Below, one piece after another: positions 59,508 through 64,000 of a stretch of 64,000 bases of DNA (the first letter of the stretch is position 1; each line of letters opens with the position of its first letter). The stretch comes from an uncultured Candidatus Saccharibacteria bacterium (GTDB lineage: Bacteria > Patescibacteriota > Minisyncoccia > 2-02-FULL-40-12 > GWA2-44-9). The stretch lies in assembly GCA_964488565.1 (NCBI GenBank), contig CAZAUE010000001.1, positions 42,687-106,686 on the forward strand, written 5' to 3'. A program made the position numbers and the translations under genes. The notes beneath the pieces were generated by a model. That model was given only the letters and a program-made list of their open reading frames with translations. It was not told the origin of the DNA and did not search any database.

Positions 59508-60185
59508 CTACTCCTTATCCGATAGTAATTTATCTATCCCATCTTTGATTTTATCCCCCAACTCTTTAATCCTTTCAGTCATAAAAAGGGTCTTGATATA
59601 AGCGGAACTAAATATGGTTTTAATTAGATAACCGATAGCAAGAGCCCCACCCAAGAAAACAAGAACCAAAACAAAGTTTTTAAGATAATCAAATAAATAC
59701 TTGTAACTCTCTCCGAAAAAGAATCCTACAAAAAATACCATCCCTATCCAAAGCGCTGATCCCAAAACATTGTACATGGCAAACTTCTTAAGACTATATT
59801 TAAAAGATCCGGCAGTAATCATGGTCGCAATGGTAAGAGACCACGTAACCTTTGCGAATAAAATCGCTCGCCCACTATAGCGCTGGAAATATTCTTCAAC
59901 CTTTTCAATAATTTTTCTACTATTCTTATCCTTACGTCCCCATCTATCTATTGGTTTAGATCCGGCATAATACCCAACGGTATACCAAGCAAATCCACTA
60001 AAAACTTCTCCGGCAAGACAAACAAAAAACGCGGGCCAAAGAGATATGCTTGCAACAGAGGCAAGAAATCCAGCAAGAATAGTTGTATTCATCCCCTCAA
60101 CAGCAGCGCCAACAAATATAAAGAGATATTTGTATTCAACCAAAAACGGGAGATGGTTTTCTATGTATAAAAAGGCGTTTTCCAT
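59508..60185 (-). CDS. DedA/VTT-family membrane protein
   Basis: GAAVEG, WYTVGYYAG, AG...KKFAMYNVLGSALW. Confidence 0.88.
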   Translation of the reverse strand: MENAFLYIENHLPFLVEYKYLFIFVGAAVEGMNTTILAGFLASVASISLWPAFFVCLAGEVFSGFAWYTVGYYAGSKPIDRWGRKDKNSRKIIEKVEEYFQRYSGRAILFAKVTWSLTIATMITAGSFKYSLKKFAMYNVLGSALWIGMVFFVGFFFGESYKYLFDYLKNFVLVLVFLGGALAIGYLIKTIFSSAYIKTLFMTERIKELGDKIKDGIDKLLSDKE

Positions 60186-60190
60186 ATTAA

Positions 60191-60796
60191 TTATCTGACC
60201 TTATTTAAAACTTTAAAGTCTTTTTTGAGAACACCCATGGTGGTTCTGTTGTATATAGCCACAGCAGGGTGATAGAGAGGCACAATCCTGATTTTACCAT
60301 AATTAGTCTTGGTATCAAAAGTCTTTCCGTGTATCTGACTAATGGGTTTTAGCTGATTTTCCAATCCGAATTTTCTCATAATATAGTCCATTGAAAAACG
60401 CCCGAGAGTAGCTATCACTTTAGGCTTAATTATTTCTATCTGCTTATCAAGATATGGTCCGTAAATCTTTATCTCCAAAGGAAGTGGATCCCTATTAAGG
60501 GGTGGCCTGTCTTTGACAATGTTTGTTATATAAACATTTTTTCTGTTTATTCCTACTGAAACAAGCAACTCATCAAGAATTTTCCCAGATGCTCCACAAA
60601 ACGGTTTTCCAGTTTTAGCTTCATTTCTACCAGGAGCTTCTCCTATAAACAAAATCTTGGCACGATGACTTCCTTCTCCAATTACGGGAAAAGCTTTGTT
60701 TTTAATTCTTTCTTTATAAAGTGGGGACTTTTTTAAATTCACCACCTCATCCTCAATTTCGTTTAATAATTTAATTCGTTTATCTGAAGTTGGCAT
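60191..60796 (-). CDS. Uracil-DNA glycosylase family 4
   Basis: IGEAPGRNE, PFCGASG, NRDP, LYHPA. Confidence 0.93.
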   Translation of the reverse strand: MPTSDKRIKLLNEIEDEVVNLKKSPLYKERIKNKAFPVIGEGSHRAKILFIGEAPGRNEAKTGKPFCGASGKILDELLVSVGINRKNVYITNIVKDRPPLNRDPLPLEIKIYGPYLDKQIEIIKPKVIATLGRFSMDYIMRKFGLENQLKPISQIHGKTFDTKTNYGKIRIVPLYHPAVAIYNRTTMGVLKKDFKVLNKVR

Positions 60797-60910
60797 ATCG
60801 ATTAGTGTAAGTAAAATTAAAAAACAGAGCAAACCCAGTAGTGAGTTTTCCGAAAGTTTTTAGCGACCTTGTCGCAATCGAAAAATCTACTACTGGGCAA
60901 ATGCTCTGTT

Positions 60911-60941
60911 AAAAAAGAGGGGGCGACTTCGTGTCGCCCCT
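60911..60941 (-). terminator. Intrinsic terminator
   Basis: GGGGCGAC-loop-GTCGCCCC plus U6 on minus strand. Confidence 0.85.
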
Positions 60942-60953
60942 TAAGTCTGGTCG

Positions 60954-61106
60954 CTACAGTGTGTGGCCAGATTTCTCGGACTTCCGTCGGCGGTTCGCCC
61001 GCCGAGCGGCCTGCTTCCGAGCCCAGCTCATGCCACCCTGGCTGGACTGGCCGTACTTGTGAAGCTTGTGCAGGTGTCGTTTCACCCGCATTTCACGTTT
61101 GGTCAT
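60954..61106 (-). CDS. GC-rich 50-aa basic protein (not in ORF track)
   Basis: MTKREMRVKRHLHKLHKYGQSSQGGMSWARKQAARRANRRRKSEKSGHTL; GAAGGGGG SD. Confidence 0.65.
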   Translation of the reverse strand: MTKREMRVKRHLHKLHKYGQSSQGGMSWARKQAARRANRRRKSEKSGHTL

Positions 61107-61124
61107 TTCTATCCCCCTTCCTAG

Positions 61125-61373
61125 CTAGTCGTTGACGGCGTCGACGGCGACAGCGCCCGCCCAAGTCGCTTCTCCAGCGATCTTGCGCAAAACAGCCATC
61201 AAGCCGTACTTCTGCGCATAGGCCTTCGCGGCCACCGAATCGCCACGCTTCAGGATACGACGAAGCTTGCGCTCCGACGTCCTGGCGAAAGCCGGCGCAA
61301 ATTTTCCGTTCCGGCGTCCGGCCGAACCGGGCTTGCCCTTCTTGCCTTCCTGACCCTTCTTCTCGGTCCCCAT
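61125..61373 (-). CDS. GC-rich 82-aa basic protein
   Basis: GAGGAGG SD before ATG 61373; MGTEKKGQEGKKGKPGSAGRRNGK... Confidence 0.7.
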   Translation of the reverse strand: MGTEKKGQEGKKGKPGSAGRRNGKFAPAFARTSERKLRRILKRGDSVAAKAYAQKYGLMAVLRKIAGEATWAGAVAVDAVND

Positions 61374-61392
61374 CTGACCCTCCTCATGAATA

Positions 61393-62778
61393 CTAACGTT
61401 GTCCCAAGATTGTATCACTAAATTTTAGTGATGTCAACCCAAAGCTCAACAAAGACAGCGTGAGCCAAAAGATGAATCTTCCCTGCTGAAGTGTCCACAA
61501 GAAGTGGTCAAATAAACCAAAGAATAGAAAAGATAGAACTATGAGCAAAAAAGAATAATGGTATAACTTACTCATTTTTGTTCTCAAGATGAAATCCTTA
61601 ATAAGGAGAAGCAGAAAAATGGCAAACACAGTGATGCCCAATATTCCATTCTCTGAGTAAATCAGGAGATAAATATTGTGTACTGGCTGATAAAGATTAC
61701 GCGATAAATTTTGATCTTTAGTCATTAGCCAATCAACAAAATTACCGGAACCAACTCCAAACCAGTTCAAGGACTTTAATGATTCTTTGTTGTAAAAAAT
61801 TCTCAGTTGAACAGCCTCCTCCCCAGAAGATATCTTTACCCGACTAATCGCTTCGGGCCAATAAAACACCGAGAAACCAGAAGTAACAATGAGTGTTGTT
61901 ATAAATATTAGAGCTAATTTTTTATTCCAATACTCTTTCCCGAACTTTAAGCGCACGAGGATAATTCTTATCAAAAAATTAATAAACAGAATAAATATTG
62001 CTACTCGTGCAAAGGTAAAAAAGAAGGCTAAAAGAGTTAATCCGAACACGAACAGGTAAAATTTGCTTATATTCTTGTAGATCCATAGATAATAAAAAGC
62101 AAAAATTGCCAAAAATAAATACGCGGCCAGAATATTCGGATGGGGCGTGGTGCCATAAGCACGAATAATCTTTTCTCCTGCCATGTTGTAAAAAGATGCG
62201 ATACCAGACATGTTGAGCCCAATAACACTTTCCCCGAGTAACCTGAGACCCAAATCCGATTGTTTAAAAAATTGAAGCACTGCGATTATTGCCTGAAATA
62301 ATCCCCCAGCAATAATAACCATCAGTGAATTGCCAAAACCAAATCTCGTCACAGCATAATTCTTAATATAAAGATAAAATAAAATAAATTCCAAAAGTTT
62401 TATCCAATTATAGAAGGCAAGTTGAGGACTAATAGCGTTTCTGATTGAAACCGCCGAGATAATAATGAATAAGGCCAGAAAAAAATCTGGTTTTTGGATT
62501 AGGTGTTTGGTGTTAGATATTGAGGGTTTAAAAAAATTAGCATAATACTTGATATTGAATATTTGATACGTCTTCGGAGAATTCCCAAGCCAAAACAAAA
62601 ACAAGATCAAAAGCAGTAGGTCTGTTGCGTACAAAGACGCCGACTGCCATTCATTAAAATTCCAGCTCTGATGCCACAAAATTTTCCGTACCTGAAACGG
62701 AATAGCAAATAACAGAAAATAAAATAAAAATTGTTCTGACCTATTTAACAAATAGTGCATAGACAATACCCGCCCCAA
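61393..62778 (-). CDS. O-antigen ligase (Wzy_C) family protein
   Basis: RAYGTTPHPNILA, GVGSGNF, PVHNIYLL..SENG; start uncertain. Confidence 0.88.
   Translation of the reverse strand: MGRVLSMHYLLNRSEQFLFYFLLFAIPFQVRKILWHQSWNFNEWQSASLYATDLLLLILFLFWLGNSPKTYQIFNIKYYANFFKPSISNTKHLIQKPDFFLALFIIISAVSIRNAISPQLAFYNWIKLLEFILFYLYIKNYAVTRFGFGNSLMVIIAGGLFQAIIAVLQFFKQSDLGLRLLGESVIGLNMSGIASFYNMAGEKIIRAYGTTPHPNILAAYLFLAIFAFYYLWIYKNISKFYLFVFGLTLLAFFFTFARVAIFILFINFLIRIILVRLKFGKEYWNKKLALIFITTLIVTSGFSVFYWPEAISRVKISSGEEAVQLRIFYNKESLKSLNWFGVGSGNFVDWLMTKDQNLSRNLYQPVHNIYLLIYSENGILGITVFAIFLLLLIKDFILRTKMSKLYHYSFLLIVLSFLFFGLFDHFLWTLQQGRFIFWLTLSLLSFGLTSLKFSDTILGQR
61409..61437 (-). promoter_or_regulatory. sigma70 promoter TTGACA-17-TACAAT with palindromic spacer
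   Basis: Spacer TCACTAAA-N-TTTAGTGA. Confidence 0.75.
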
Positions 62779-63916
62779 ACACGAAAATAAGTAGATAATA
62801 CAAAAACCTAGGTAATTCTAAACTGTACTCCGGCACCCTGTCCCCTTTTGATTTGGCCTTGATGTAAACAAAAGTAAGGACTATTCCCTCAAGTCCGATA
62901 GCAACCGAACCCGCCAAGCTAATAATATCAATGAAAGTTCGCAGTCCTCCTAAAAACAAAACTAGAGGTGGAGCGAGAACCAAGAGCCACGCCCCCTTCC
63001 TTGGAACATCATAATCCAAATGAAACATGTCCAAAAATGCTGAGCCCAACATCAGAAACGATGTGCTCACAGCCAAAATACCAAAAAGTGAACCCAGAAA
63101 TATTATTTTACCTCCCAAAAATTCATACAGCCCCGAGATGGCATCAGGAGTAGTTATGCTTCCAGATACGCCCACAACCGTAAAAGCAAAAATTAAATAC
63201 AACATACTCACCAAAAAGACGGCCAACCAAATAGATTTCTTTAGGTATTTTTCTTGACCCCTTAAAATATCTCTCTGAATTGGAATTGCTGAAAATCCAG
63301 CAAGAGCAAACAATAAAACCCCATATGGCAGAAACCAAAATTCACTTTGGATACCACCGAAATTAGACAAACCAATCTTGTTAATACCAACACCAAAAAT
63401 AAGCAATATTACCACCGCATATAAGCCAACCAGAAACAATTCCACCCAGGAAATTCTTTTAATACCCAATAAAACCAAGACAGATATTACTAAAAAAAAT
63501 AACAAACTATATGTGGTCGGAGATGCATAGAAAACAGAAGAAAAAATATTATTTAAAAAATCTCCAGCAAGAACCACATATACAAGCAATGCCGAATATA
63601 GGGCAAGAGCTATTGAAAAAAATATTGCCCTTTTGAACCAAGGGCCGAGATATTTTTCAGTATAACCGGTTATTTGATGCTCATCGTGAGTTCTCAAAAC
63701 TATTTCACCATACATGAGGTTTAACAGAAGCGTAGTAAAACTAATAAATATCAAGAACGAAAAACCGACCCAAAAGCCGGCTTTAGCAAAAGCGAATGGA
63801 ATTCCAAAAACCCCCACACCTACCATAGTTCCGATAAGAACAGCTGTGGCGGAGAGGAAGCTTTTATTTTTGAGTATATTCAGGTCCAGGATTTTCACTT
63901 TGTTTGAGTTCGCCAA
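62741..63916 (-). CDS. Aromatic amino acid permease (Trp/Tyr family)
   Basis: IGTMVGVGVFGIPFAF; about 11 TM; start uncertain. Confidence 0.85.
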   Translation of the reverse strand: MANSNKVKILDLNILKNKSFLSATAVLIGTMVGVGVFGIPFAFAKAGFWVGFSFLIFISFTTLLLNLMYGEIVLRTHDEHQITGYTEKYLGPWFKRAIFFSIALALYSALLVYVVLAGDFLNNIFSSVFYASPTTYSLLFFLVISVLVLLGIKRISWVELFLVGLYAVVILLIFGVGINKIGLSNFGGIQSEFWFLPYGVLLFALAGFSAIPIQRDILRGQEKYLKKSIWLAVFLVSMLYLIFAFTVVGVSGSITTPDAISGLYEFLGGKIIFLGSLFGILAVSTSFLMLGSAFLDMFHLDYDVPRKGAWLLVLAPPLVLFLGGLRTFIDIISLAGSVAIGLEGIVLTFVYIKAKSKGDRVPEYSLELPRFLYYLLIFVFGAGIVYALFVK

Positions 63917-64000
63917 AAATTCCCTGACTCTTATAGCGTATATCTCGGGTTAGATATTTTTCCACTAGCCAAAGACCGGCCAAAATAACATATACAACAA
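63864..64000 (-). CDS. 3' end of a membrane protein entering from window edge
   Basis: Open frame VVYVILAGLWLVEKYLTRD...YTQK*. Confidence 0.4.
   Translation of the reverse strand, partial: VVYVILAGLWLVEKYLTRDIRYKSQGIFGELKQSENPGPEYTQK

Noticed and set aside
21007-61437. Integron cassettes or prophage as explanation for the GC-rich units
   Set aside because: No attC (RYYYAAC...GTTRRRY) pattern recognised, no integrase or phage genes, units are dispersed and carry their own promoters
1-64000. Alternative genetic code (UGA=Gly)
   Set aside because: Core genes are full length under code 11

Overview
Low-GC bacterial chromosome segment, genetic code 11, with most genes on the minus strand. Gene content and style point to a Patescibacteria/CPR (Parcubacteria-like) genome; this is an inference, not a classification. 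Left half (1-28.9 kb) is accessory: copper/heavy-metal and thiol-redox genes (copA, cupredoxins, DsbA/DsbB, a second P1B ATPase, a P2-type ATPase), a MacAB-like exporter, an M3 peptidase, a PlsY fusion and a DEAD helicase, ending at tRNA-Gln(UUG) with repeated 3' fragments. Right half is mostly core: dnaX, a VirB4/VirD4-like ATPase, GT-C glycosyltransferases, ftsQ-like, serS, lysS, greA, mreBCD-pbp2, proS, rseP, frr, holB, murG, a LexA-like repressor and UDG. The most unusual signal is a set of about 7 self-contained, mostly GC-rich transcription units scattered between AT-rich genes. Each has a near-consensus sigma70 promoter, a leader with a Shine-Dalgarno-like purine tract and an intrinsic terminator. 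Five share a boxA-like segment followed by a GCYC-loop-GGGC hairpin, whereas neighbouring housekeeping genes look leaderless. One of these units (38.09-38.78 kb) has no convincing ORF and looks like a ~690-nt highly structured RNA. The window also contains MITE-like elements with TIRs/TSDs, in-frame palindromic insertions inside proteins, and a 3.3-kb insert flanked by a duplicated gene 3' end.
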